The translations under genes were made by a program, and so were the position numbers. From Acidimicrobiia bacterium (GTDB lineage: Bacteria; Actinomycetota; Acidimicrobiia; Spongiisociales; ZC4RG35): a stretch of 64,000 nucleotides of DNA. Where the stretch lies: positions 5,368-69,367 of the forward strand of contig DASUUC010000100.1 in assembly GCA_036374335.1 (NCBI GenBank), given 5' to 3'. Every line of letters begins with the position of its first letter. Position 1 is the stretch's first letter. This document shows positions 40,629-49,125 of the stretch, one piece after another. The notes beneath the pieces are model-generated. The model did not search any database and was not told the DNA's origin. It was given only the letters and a program-made list of their open reading frames with translations.

Positions 40629-40658
40629 TTGACAGCGGTGAGGTCACCGAAGTAGCTT
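40629..40658 (+). promoter_or_regulatory. Candidate MerR-type promoter: TTGACA, 18-nt spacer containing palindrome GGTGA-GG-TCACC, then TAGCTT
   Basis: TTGACA 40629-40634, palindrome 40637-40648, TAGCTT 40653-40658; about 40 nt upstream of the merR-family ATG 40698. Confidence 0.45.
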
Positions 40659-40697
40659 TCCCCAGGCGGAGTTACACTCATGTAACCCGGAGGAGTT

Positions 40698-41174
40698 ATG
40701 ACCAACGAGCGGGAATTGGCGGGCTATCGCGCCCCACAGGTGTGCAAACTGGTCGGTATCACGTATCGCCAGCTCGACTATTGGGCGCGCACGGGTCTCA
40801 TCGTCCCCAGCATGCAGCAGGCACATGGGTCGGGTTCGCAACGGGTCTACTCGTTCACCGATGTCGTTCAGCTCAAGGTGATCAAGAACCTGTTGGACGC
40901 GGGCATGAGTCTCAAGAAGATCCGCTCTGCGGTCGAGATCCTTCGCCACGAGATGAACTCAGAACAGCCGCTGGCCGACGTTACCCTTCTCAGTGATGGC
41001 AAGACCATTTACGCCGCTCACTCCGACGAGGAAGTGGTCGACGTGCTTCGTAAAGGACAAGGCGTGTTCAGCATCGCCATCGGGCCGGTCCAGGACCAGG
41101 TCGAGGGGGCGATCCACCAATTGTTTCCAGAAGAGAATGGACTGGCCGAGGTCGCCGAGTTAGGAGCCCCCTGA
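40698..41174 (+). CDS. MerR family transcriptional regulator
   Basis: HTH YRAPQVCKLVGITYRQLDYWARTGL; GGAGGAG SD 3 nt upstream of the ATG. Confidence 0.86.
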   Translation: MTNERELAGYRAPQVCKLVGITYRQLDYWARTGLIVPSMQQAHGSGSQRVYSFTDVVQLKVIKNLLDAGMSLKKIRSAVEILRHEMNSEQPLADVTLLSDGKTIYAAHSDEEVVDVLRKGQGVFSIAIGPVQDQVEGAIHQLFPEENGLAEVAELGAP

Positions 41175-41257
41175 GCATCGAAGCACCAACCGCACACGAG
41201 GTCGATTTCGCTCACAACAGCGAGCGACAGTTTGCGCTTCTCCTCGATTTCTACGAT

Positions 41258-41605
41258 GTGCCCTGGGAATACGAGCCCCGCAGTTTCCCGATTGGCTTCG
41301 AAGACGGCGAGCCGACCAAGTTCTTCCGCCCAGACTTCTATCTCCCCGAAGACGACATGTTCATCGAGATCACGACGATGAACCAGAAGCTGGTGACCAA
41401 GAAGAACAAGAAGATCAAGCTCTTGCGCCAATACCACCCCGACATCAGATGCAAGATCTTGTATCAGCGTGACTATCTCCACCTGGTGGTCAAATATGGG
41501 CTCGCAGAGCCGGATCATCTCGAGGAAGTGACCACTCCCACCAGGATGCCCGGTCAACCCGAGATCGTCCGTCTGGAGGACAGGGGCGAGCGACTAACCG
41601 GATGA
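41258..41605 (+). CDS. Hypothetical protein, PD-(D/E)XK nuclease-like motifs
   Basis: FRPDFYLP...MFIEIT motif pair; Lys-rich; ATGA overlap with gcvT. The frame is open and protein-like upstream of the GTG at 41258, so the real start may be non-canonical. Confidence 0.55.
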   Translation: MPWEYEPRSFPIGFEDGEPTKFFRPDFYLPEDDMFIEITTMNQKLVTKKNKKIKLLRQYHPDIRCKILYQRDYLHLVVKYGLAEPDHLEEVTTPTRMPGQPEIVRLEDRGERLTG

Positions 41606-42651
41606 GGCGGTCGCCGCTTCACGACCTGAATGAATCCCTCGGCGCCCGTTTCGTCGACTTCGGCGGCTGGGAGATGCCCGTTCAGTACGAATCGGTTCTC
41701 GCCGAGCATGGCGCAGTGCGGTCCGGTGTCGGTGTGTTCGACGTCACCCACCTCGGCCGGTTCGCCCTTTCCGGCGAGGGCGCTCACCAGGCCATCCGCC
41801 GGCTCCTGTGCAACGATATCGATCGGGTCGAGCCCGGTCGCTGCCAGTACACGATGATCCTCAACCCGGCTGGAGGCATCATCGATGACCTCATTGTCTG
41901 GTGGCGGGCGCCGGACGACTACTGGGTCATGCCCAACGCAGCCAATCACGATCGGGTGATGGCCGCCTTTGCCGCCGAACCTCGTTGTCAGGTGGAAGAT
42001 CTGCAGGCGACCACTGTGTTTCTCGCCGTCCAGGGCCCGCACGCCCCGAGGTTGATCGAGGAGGTGGTCGGCTCGGTGCCGGGAAGGTTCCACAATGTTG
42101 CAGTGGAGAATGAGTATGGGAAGGTTTCGTTGGCAGGAACCGGCTACACCGGTGAGGCCGGGGCCGAGATCTGTGTCGATGCAGTCACGGGAGAGAGGTT
42201 GATGCAGGCCCTGGTCGACGCCGGCGCCACTCCATGTGGGCTGGGAGCCCGGGACACTCTTCGTCTCGAATCGGGCCTGGCTCTGTGGGGAGAGGACATC
42301 GATGAGACCACCACACCTTTGGAGGCGAACCTCGGCTTTGCCGTTTCACTGGACCATGAGTTCGCCGGGCGGGAGCGCCTCGTCGACCAGACGGAGAGTG
42401 GTGTGGAGCGACGACTCGCCGGATTCATCCTCGAGGGGAGGGGAATACCCCGACATGGCCATGACGTGCGGAGCGGGAGTGGGGGAGAGGGGACGGTAAC
42501 TTCAGGCAACATCAGTCCCATGCTCAACACCGGTGTTGGACTGGCCTACATCAGCCCGCCCGCCGACATCGGGGAGGAGATCGAGGTGAGTATCCGCAAT
42601 CGTTGGGTTCCGGGCCGGGTCGCCCGCCCCCCATTCCACGAGACGAAATGA
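41602..42651 (+). CDS. gcvT: Glycine cleavage system aminomethyltransferase T
   Basis: SPLHDLN...GARFVDFGGWEMPVQY N-terminus typical of GcvT. Confidence 0.92.
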   Translation: MRRSPLHDLNESLGARFVDFGGWEMPVQYESVLAEHGAVRSGVGVFDVTHLGRFALSGEGAHQAIRRLLCNDIDRVEPGRCQYTMILNPAGGIIDDLIVWWRAPDDYWVMPNAANHDRVMAAFAAEPRCQVEDLQATTVFLAVQGPHAPRLIEEVVGSVPGRFHNVAVENEYGKVSLAGTGYTGEAGAEICVDAVTGERLMQALVDAGATPCGLGARDTLRLESGLALWGEDIDETTTPLEANLGFAVSLDHEFAGRERLVDQTESGVERRLAGFILEGRGIPRHGHDVRSGSGGEGTVTSGNISPMLNTGVGLAYISPPADIGEEIEVSIRNRWVPGRVARPPFHETK

Positions 42652-43145
42652 CCGAGCCACGCAGAGACCGTCCCGAGATGCCGGCCGGGTATGGCGTTGA
42701 TCAGGCAGATGATTTCGTCGCCTGGGAAGATGTCGAGGAGAGGCTCCGGGAGAGCCTGCATTACTGGCTCGCCACCACCCGTCCGAACGGTCAACCTCAC
42801 GTCGTGCCGAGATGGGGGGTATGGCTCGATGGTGCCTTTTGGTACGACGGTTCGCCGGAGACCGTCCATGTGCGGAATCTCGAGGAAAACCCAAATATCG
42901 TGCTTCACTTGGAGAGCGGAACCGAGGTAACCGTCGTCGAGGGTCAGTCGATCCGTCCCGATCCGATCACCGGGGAGTTGGGTGAGCGTCTGGCTGCGGA
43001 GTACGCCCGCAAATACGCCCCGGAATACACACCACCTGCCGACGCGTGGTCCGATGGGATCGCCGGTGGCATGCGAACGATCCTGCCGATCAAGGTCATC
43101 GCCTGGTCGAACTTCCCCAAAGACCTCACCCGGTTTACCTTGTAG
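42648..43145 (+). CDS. Pyridoxamine 5'-phosphate oxidase family protein
   Basis: ATGA overlap with gcvT; split-barrel-like sequence (HYWLATTRPNGQPHVVP). Confidence 0.78.
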   Translation: MTEPRRDRPEMPAGYGVDQADDFVAWEDVEERLRESLHYWLATTRPNGQPHVVPRWGVWLDGAFWYDGSPETVHVRNLEENPNIVLHLESGTEVTVVEGQSIRPDPITGELGERLAAEYARKYAPEYTPPADAWSDGIAGGMRTILPIKVIAWSNFPKDLTRFTL

Positions 43146-43147
43146 AC

Positions 43148-43963
43148 ATGGCCACCAAGACCCACGCCAAACCGCATCCAGAGTTCGGAACCGAGCTCAT
43201 CCGGGATTGGGAGCCCAAGGATGCTGCGCGGGCCTACATCGTGTTGGTGCACGGTCTGGCCGAGCATTCCGGTCGATACGAGCGAACGGGATCCCTGCTG
43301 GCGGATGCTGGATTTTGGGTGCGGAGCTTCGACCTGATCGGCGCCGGGGGCTCGGGCGGACGACGCTGGCATATCGACGACTGGGATAGTTACCACGACC
43401 AAATCGCAGCACACGTGGAGTGGGCCGGGCAGTTCGGCAAGCCGGTGATCCTCATGGGTCACTCCCTTGGCGGGGCGATCTGTCTCGGTTACCTCCTCAG
43501 CGACCGGCCGCGGCCTGATCTAGCGGTGCTTTCCGCACCAGCACTTGCCGGAGGTGACGGCTGGCAAAAGTCACTGATCCCGATCGTCGGCAAGCTGGCG
43601 CCGAGGTTGAGCCTCCCCAATCCGGTCAAGGGAGAGCATCTCTCCCGGGACCCGGCCGTGGCCGAGGCCTATTTCGCAGACCCGCTGGTGGTGAGCAAAG
43701 CGACACTCGGATTCGGAGCGGCCGCCCTCGCCGAGATAGACCGCCTGAACGATGGGTTGCAGCACCTCGACATCCCGACCCTGGTCATCCATGGTGGTGA
43801 CGACAGATTGGTGCCCACGTGGTGCACTGAGCCACTCGGAGAACTCGACTGTGTCGATCGCAAGGTGTACGAAGGCCTACGCCACGAGACCATGAACGAA
43901 CCCGAGGGTCCCCAGGTCATCGCCGACATCGTGGCCTGGCTGGAGGAGAAAACGCGTTCCTAA
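43148..43963 (+). CDS. Alpha/beta hydrolase (lysophospholipase/monoacylglycerol lipase-like)
   Basis: HGLAEHSGRY, nucleophile elbow GHSLGG, C-terminal GLRHE. Confidence 0.85.
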   Translation: MATKTHAKPHPEFGTELIRDWEPKDAARAYIVLVHGLAEHSGRYERTGSLLADAGFWVRSFDLIGAGGSGGRRWHIDDWDSYHDQIAAHVEWAGQFGKPVILMGHSLGGAICLGYLLSDRPRPDLAVLSAPALAGGDGWQKSLIPIVGKLAPRLSLPNPVKGEHLSRDPAVAEAYFADPLVVSKATLGFGAAALAEIDRLNDGLQHLDIPTLVIHGGDDRLVPTWCTEPLGELDCVDRKVYEGLRHETMNEPEGPQVIADIVAWLEEKTRS

Positions 43964-43990
43964 TGCTGTAGCTCCCATATTTGGGAGTTA
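43953..43990 (-). repeat. 38-nt element, copy 2 (inverted relative to copy 1; core CTCCCA-TATT-TGGGAG at 43972-43987)
   Basis: Fills the gap between the convergent hydrolase (stop 43961-43963) and tdh (stop 44002-44004); the reverse complement matches 35722-35759 at 34/38. Confidence 0.8.
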
Positions 43991-44001
43991 CGGCGATTCA
44001 A

Positions 44002-45030
44002 TCACGACCGCCAGCGGAGGAGGACCTTGCCCGATTCGTTGCTGTTGATGGCGGCGAAGGCCTCGTCGTACTCCTCCACCGGAAAGCGATGTGTGATCAC
44101 CGGGGAGATGTCCAGGCCCGACTCAATCAACACGTTCATCTTGTACCACGTGTCATACATCTCGCGCCCATAGATGCCCTTGATGTTCAGCATGTTGAAG
44201 ATGACCGTCGACCAGTCGATGGCAAACGGTTCGGTGGGTATCCCGAGCAAGGCGATGTTCGCCCCGTGAATCGTGTTGTCCAGGATGTCGGCCATCGCCG
44301 CCGGATTGCCCGACATCTCCATGGCCACATCGAAGCCCTCGAGCATGTCGAGCTCCTTCTGAACCTGACGTAAGTCTTCGATCTCGATGTTGACCGCTCT
44401 GGTGGCGCCCATGCGTTGTGCCAGGTCGAGGCGGTAGGGGTTGACGTCGGTGACGACCGCGTTGCGCGCACCGGCATGTTTCACCACCGCGGTCGCCATG
44501 AGACCGATGGGACCCGCACCGGTGATGAGGACATCTTCGCCGAAAACAGGGAATTTGAGGGCGGTGTGGACCGCATTCCCGAAGGGGTCGAAGAGGGCCG
44601 CGATCTCTGGATCGATGTCCTCGAGATGCCGCCACACGTTGGTCTTGGGAATCAGGACGAAGTCGGCGAAGGATCCTGGGATGTTGACTCCGAGACCTTT
44701 GGGCTGTTGACAGAGGTGACGTCGCCCGGCGAGACAGTTTCGACAATGACCACAGACGACATGACCTTCGGCTCCCACCAGCTCGCCTTCGACGAAACCG
44801 GAGACATTGGATCCGAGCTTCTCGATGTGGCCGGAGAACTCGTGTCCCACCGTCATCGGTGCCGGCACGATGGAGCGAGCCCATTCGTCCCACTGGTAGA
44901 TGTGCAAGTCGGTCCCGCAGATGCCCGTGGTGTGAACCCGAATCAGTACTTCGTCAGGGCCGGGCTCAGGGATGGGGATGTCCTCGAGACGGAGACCCTG
45001 TTCATCCGGGTATTTGACCAGTGCTCTCAT
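44002..45030 (-). CDS. tdh: L-threonine 3-dehydrogenase
   Basis: Zn-ADH fold, GICGTDLHIYQWDEWA motif characteristic of Tdh, GAGPIG NAD motif. Confidence 0.92.
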   Translation of the reverse strand: MRALVKYPDEQGLRLEDIPIPEPGPDEVLIRVHTTGICGTDLHIYQWDEWARSIVPAPMTVGHEFSGHIEKLGSNVSGFVEGELVGAEGHVVCGHCRNCLAGRRHLCQQPKGLGVNIPGSFADFVLIPKTNVWRHLEDIDPEIAALFDPFGNAVHTALKFPVFGEDVLITGAGPIGLMATAVVKHAGARNAVVTDVNPYRLDLAQRMGATRAVNIEIEDLRQVQKELDMLEGFDVAMEMSGNPAAMADILDNTIHGANIALLGIPTEPFAIDWSTVIFNMLNIKGIYGREMYDTWYKMNVLIESGLDISPVITHRFPVEEYDEAFAAINSNESGKVLLRWRS

Positions 45031-45090
45031 CGGTGCCGGCTTCCACGGTAGCCATCACCGAGAACCCCGGCATGTGCCACGATTGAGGCT

Positions 45091-45618
45091 ATGGAATCGC
45101 TTGCAGGAAGCCTTTTGGTGGCCACCCCGATTCTTCTCGACCCAAATTTCTTCCGCACGGTCGTGCTCCTCCTACAACACGACGACGAGGGCTGTGTTGG
45201 AGTCGTGCTCAACAGACCAACCGAAGAGCGCGTCGCGGACCATCTCCCGGAGTGGGCAGATCGTGTCCCGGAGCCCAGGACAGTGAATTTCGGGGGCCCG
45301 GTCGATCCCGCAGTCGCCATAGGGTTGTCCCTCGCCGGTGACGGGATGTCGACCGGTGTTCCCGGGCTCAATCTCGTCGACTTGAGCGAGTCACCGGACG
45401 AGACCACCAATCACCCGGTGCGGATCTACTCGGGATATGCGGGGTGGGGTTCTGAGCAGCTGGAGACCGAGATCGCCACCGGGTCGTGGTATGTCGTGCA
45501 GGCATCACCTGAGGATCCCTTCGATCCAGGTGATGGCCAATGGCGACGGGTTCTGCGGCGCCAGCCCGGGTTCCTGTCAGCGGTGTCGACCTTCCCCGAT
45601 GATGCCACGCTGAACTGA
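45091..45618 (+). CDS. YqgE/AlgH family protein
   Basis: LLVATPILLDPNFFRTVVLLLQHDDEGCVGVVLNRP. Confidence 0.85.
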   Translation: MESLAGSLLVATPILLDPNFFRTVVLLLQHDDEGCVGVVLNRPTEERVADHLPEWADRVPEPRTVNFGGPVDPAVAIGLSLAGDGMSTGVPGLNLVDLSESPDETTNHPVRIYSGYAGWGSEQLETEIATGSWYVVQASPEDPFDPGDGQWRRVLRRQPGFLSAVSTFPDDATLN

Positions 45619-45663
45619 CGCCTGAGTGTCACCCATTACCGCGGTCTGCTCCGTCGTAGGTGC

Positions 45664-46140
45664 ATGATCACGGCCACAGGCGTGATGGACAACGAAGCGG
45701 TCTACCGCAGCTACAGCGAGGAGCTGACCAGGTATGCCACCAGTCTGGTGGGGCCCTTCGACGCGCCCGATGTTGTCACCGACGCATGTCTCAAGGCTTT
45801 CGAGACGCCCACTTGGCCAGAAGTGGTCGATCGGAGGGCCTACCTGTACCGCACAGTTCTCACGGTTGCCAACGACCATCACCGCCGCACCCTCTCCCGC
45901 AGGCTCCGGGAGATGAAGGTGGCGAGTCGTGAAGAGACGCCCGACCCAGCCGGGTCGATCGAGGTCGAGGTTCTCGACGCCGTCGCCCGTCTTTCGGTGC
46001 AACAAAGAGCGGTGGTGTTTCTCACCTATTGGGAGGATCTGTCCCCAGAAGCGGTGGCGGCACGGATGGGGGTTTCGATCGGCACGGTCAAGCGACATCT
46101 GACGCGCGCCCGCCGCCGACTCGGAGAGTTGTTGACATGA
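45664..46140 (+). CDS. ECF-type RNA polymerase sigma-70 factor
   Basis: Region 2 and region 4 (LSVQQRAVVFLTYWEDLSPEAVAARMGVSIGTVKRHL); 158 aa. Confidence 0.85.
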   Translation: MITATGVMDNEAVYRSYSEELTRYATSLVGPFDAPDVVTDACLKAFETPTWPEVVDRRAYLYRTVLTVANDHHRRTLSRRLREMKVASREETPDPAGSIEVEVLDAVARLSVQQRAVVFLTYWEDLSPEAVAARMGVSIGTVKRHLTRARRRLGELLT

Positions 46141-47210
46141 GCTACGAGAGAAAGATGAAAGACCTGATGGCTCGGCTGGTGTCGATGTCGCCCGAGCCGC
46201 CGCCGTTTCCAGAGGAGGAAGCGCCGATGGCCCGCCAGCGCGAACAACGGAAGTCGCGCCCCGCCCTGGTGTTCGCGACTGCGGCCGTCCTGGTCGTCGT
46301 GCTCGCGGTGCCGCTGTTGTTGTTCACCGGGGAAGGGGAGCCCGACCCGGCCGCAACCACTAGCACGACCAGCACGACCCTGACGCCGACCACGACCACG
46401 ACAGAGCCAGGTACGAGTACGACTGAATTCGAGGGGACTACCTGGACCGGTGTGGCATATCTCTATCAGGAGCCGGAGAACAGCTTTCAGAGCAACCCGG
46501 CGCTGGTTCCCCTCCAGATGGAGGTAAAAGTCCAATCTGGTGCATTCGAGGATGTTCAAGAGTTCACCCGAGCCTTGGCTGCCTTGACGGAGAGCGGCGC
46601 CGGGCCACCGGCTGGCTTTCGCAATGCCATCCCCCCTGATGTCAGAGCCGAGAGCATGGACGAGGTAGGGGGCCAGGTGGGGGCGGACATGAACGAGGCA
46701 TTTCTCGATGGTGCCGGAGGTCTCCTCGCCGACTACACGATGCTCAACCAGCTCATCTACACGTTGACATACCAGACTCCGGATGCGGAGGTGCTATTCA
46801 CCGTGAATGGACAGCCGGTTGAGTCGTTTGGCTCCGAGGGGCTCGATCTGACCGAGCCGGTCACTCGTGACAGCTTCATTGACGAGTTGAACGCAATCTT
46901 CCTCACAGAGCCGATCACCGCGGGCCTCGACAGATACTTCGTGGCTGGACGAGCCAACGTATTCGAGGCGAGTCTCATGGCGAGAGTCCTCGACGGGAAT
47001 GATGAAGTGGTTTACGAAGAGCCGGTTCAGGCGACATGTGGGAGTGGATGCTGGGGCGACTTCTCCACCTCCATCGAATCTGAGCTGATCGTTCCGGGTG
47101 AGTCGTCGATCATGCTCTTCACCTACTCCGCGGAAGACGGTTCAATCGTCGAAGCGATCACCATCCCCATCCCAGAAGGTGACGTCTGGCGACTCACCGC
47201 TGGAGGGTGA
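46137..47210 (+). CDS. Membrane-anchored GerMN plus Gmad2 (Ig-like) domain protein; possible anti-sigma factor
   Basis: ATGA overlap with sigma stop; short cytoplasmic N-terminus, one TM, Thr-rich linker, GerMN-like and Gmad2-like regions. Confidence 0.75.
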   Translation: MSYERKMKDLMARLVSMSPEPPPFPEEEAPMARQREQRKSRPALVFATAAVLVVVLAVPLLLFTGEGEPDPAATTSTTSTTLTPTTTTTEPGTSTTEFEGTTWTGVAYLYQEPENSFQSNPALVPLQMEVKVQSGAFEDVQEFTRALAALTESGAGPPAGFRNAIPPDVRAESMDEVGGQVGADMNEAFLDGAGGLLADYTMLNQLIYTLTYQTPDAEVLFTVNGQPVESFGSEGLDLTEPVTRDSFIDELNAIFLTEPITAGLDRYFVAGRANVFEASLMARVLDGNDEVVYEEPVQATCGSGCWGDFSTSIESELIVPGESSIMLFTYSAEDGSIVEAITIPIPEGDVWRLTAGG

Positions 47211-47250
47211 ACCACCGGGACACGAGGGGGCATGCCTACTCTGTCGGCTC

Positions 47251-47955
47251 ATGACGGCCATCACGGTTCCCCGTCTCCGGCCCAGCCTGAAGCGGCGGTC
47301 ACCGGGTCTCGATGTCGAGCGGGAGCTATGGACCACCGATACCACCGTCGTGGTCGGCATGGACGAGGTGGGCAGAGGGGCCTGGGCCGGCCCGATCTCG
47401 GTGGGAGCCGCAGTCGTCCCGCGTAACCGGCGCATCTACAAGATCCGCGATTCGAAGATGCTCACCGAGGACGAGCGCGAAGCCATGTTCGAGCGCATCG
47501 CCGGCTGGTGTGAGGCCTGGGCGGTGGGTCACGCCAGCCATCAGGAATGTGATGAGCTGGGCATGTCGGACGCCCAGCGTCTCGCCGCCCGGCGAGCATT
47601 GATGGCACTCGGAGTCATCCCGGATCACGTTCTCGTCGATGGGAACTGGGATTTCGTCGGTGGCGCCCGACGGATCGTCCGGGGCGACATGACCTCACTC
47701 TCGATCGCAGCCGCTTCGATCCTGGCCAAGGTGACCCGCGACCGGATGATGCGGGAGATCGCTGACCAGTACCCGGGATACAACTTCGATGCCAACAAGG
47801 GGTATCCCTGTCCTACCCACAAGGCAAACCTTCAGGCGTTCGGTCCCAGCGCCATCCATCGGCGCTCTTGGGTGTTCATGGACCACCTGGCGTGGAACGG
47901 CCTCGAGCGCTTCCAGCGTCCCGAGCCCCAATTGGAACTGCCCTTCGAGGACTAG
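47251..47955 (+). CDS. rnhB: Ribonuclease HII
   Basis: GMDEVGRGAWAGP catalytic motif, DSKML motif. Confidence 0.9.
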   Translation: MTAITVPRLRPSLKRRSPGLDVERELWTTDTTVVVGMDEVGRGAWAGPISVGAAVVPRNRRIYKIRDSKMLTEDEREAMFERIAGWCEAWAVGHASHQECDELGMSDAQRLAARRALMALGVIPDHVLVDGNWDFVGGARRIVRGDMTSLSIAAASILAKVTRDRMMREIADQYPGYNFDANKGYPCPTHKANLQAFGPSAIHRRSWVFMDHLAWNGLERFQRPEPQLELPFED

Positions 47956-48062
47956 GTTCGAGCCTGACCGATCTCGGGCGGCACATTCCCCGAATTTGCC
48001 GCTAATTTGGTGCTTCGGCAACTCCATATGCGTTTCAGGGGAAAACCCTATGGAGGAATTAG

Positions 48063-49115
48063 GTGGGATATGCCGCAAATGACAACGTGACCAGGCTGCT
48101 CGGAGGCACCGAGGAGCTTTTCCGACGTCTTCCGGTCGCGCTCTATCGCTCTGCGCCCGACGGAGGGCTGCTGGCCGCGAACCCTGCTCTCGCCGACCTC
48201 CTTGGATATGAGTCTGTATCCGATCTGACCGACGAGACAGCCGACGTGGGCGCTTTCTATGTCGACCCGGTTAGACGGGAGCTCTGGCTCAACAGGATCT
48301 CCGAAGATGGGGTGGTCGACGACTTCGACATCGAGCTGCGAAGACGGGATGGATCGACGGTATGGGTTCAAGACGTGGCTCGGGGCGTATTCGACGAGGA
48401 AGGCGATCTCCTCTACTGCGAGGGCGCCCTCATCGACATCACCGGCAAAGTCAATGCGCGCAGAGCGAGGGACGAGTTTGTGGCAACAGTTTCCCACGAG
48501 CTGCGCAACCCGATCTCGGTGCTCTTGGGTCTTGCCCAAGAGCTAGCCAACGACTACGAGAGCTTCGACGATGAGGCCCGACGCGAGATCGCCGAGGTCA
48601 TGGCCCGGCAATCCGAGGACGCTTCGTGGATCATCGAAGATCTCCTGGTGGCCTACCGGGAGGACAAGAGTCAGCTGGCCGTTGCCGCCGAGGAGTTCGA
48701 TGTGCACGCTGAAATCGGACGCGTGCTCGAAGGCGTAGACGAAGAAATCGCCTTCGAGGCTGGTGAAGACGCATCCAGAGTGATCGGTGACCCACGCCGT
48801 ACCCGACAGATCCTGCGAAACCTCATAAGCAATGCAATCCGGTATGGCGGTGACGACATCAAGGTAATCACCCGTCGCGGCGAAGAGCACTCGATCGACA
48901 TCCTGGTTTGCGATGATGGAGACCCCTTGGATCCCGAGGAAGCGGAGCGCATCTTCGAGTCCTATGAGCGGGGGAGCGGGCTGCTGGACGCCAGGTCGGT
49001 GGGGCTGGGGTTATCGGTTGCCCGCAAGCTCGCCAGCCTGATGAACGGGTACATCACCTACCGCCACGACGGCGAGCATTCCTCGTTCATAGTGACACTC
49101 CCGGCCCCGCCCTAA
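48063..49115 (+). CDS. PAS-domain sensor histidine kinase (no adjacent response regulator)
   Basis: PAS region, H-box VSHELRNP, N/G boxes (NLISNAIRYG, GLGLSVA). Confidence 0.85.
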   Translation: MGYAANDNVTRLLGGTEELFRRLPVALYRSAPDGGLLAANPALADLLGYESVSDLTDETADVGAFYVDPVRRELWLNRISEDGVVDDFDIELRRRDGSTVWVQDVARGVFDEEGDLLYCEGALIDITGKVNARRARDEFVATVSHELRNPISVLLGLAQELANDYESFDDEARREIAEVMARQSEDASWIIEDLLVAYREDKSQLAVAAEEFDVHAEIGRVLEGVDEEIAFEAGEDASRVIGDPRRTRQILRNLISNAIRYGGDDIKVITRRGEEHSIDILVCDDGDPLDPEEAERIFESYERGSGLLDARSVGLGLSVARKLASLMNGYITYRHDGEHSSFIVTLPAPP

Positions 49116-49125
49116 CCTCTCCCGG

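Noticed and set aside
46340-46420. ACC/ACG-rich repetitive DNA
   Set aside because: It is the in-frame Thr-rich linker of the GerMN/Gmad2 protein, not an independent repeat element.
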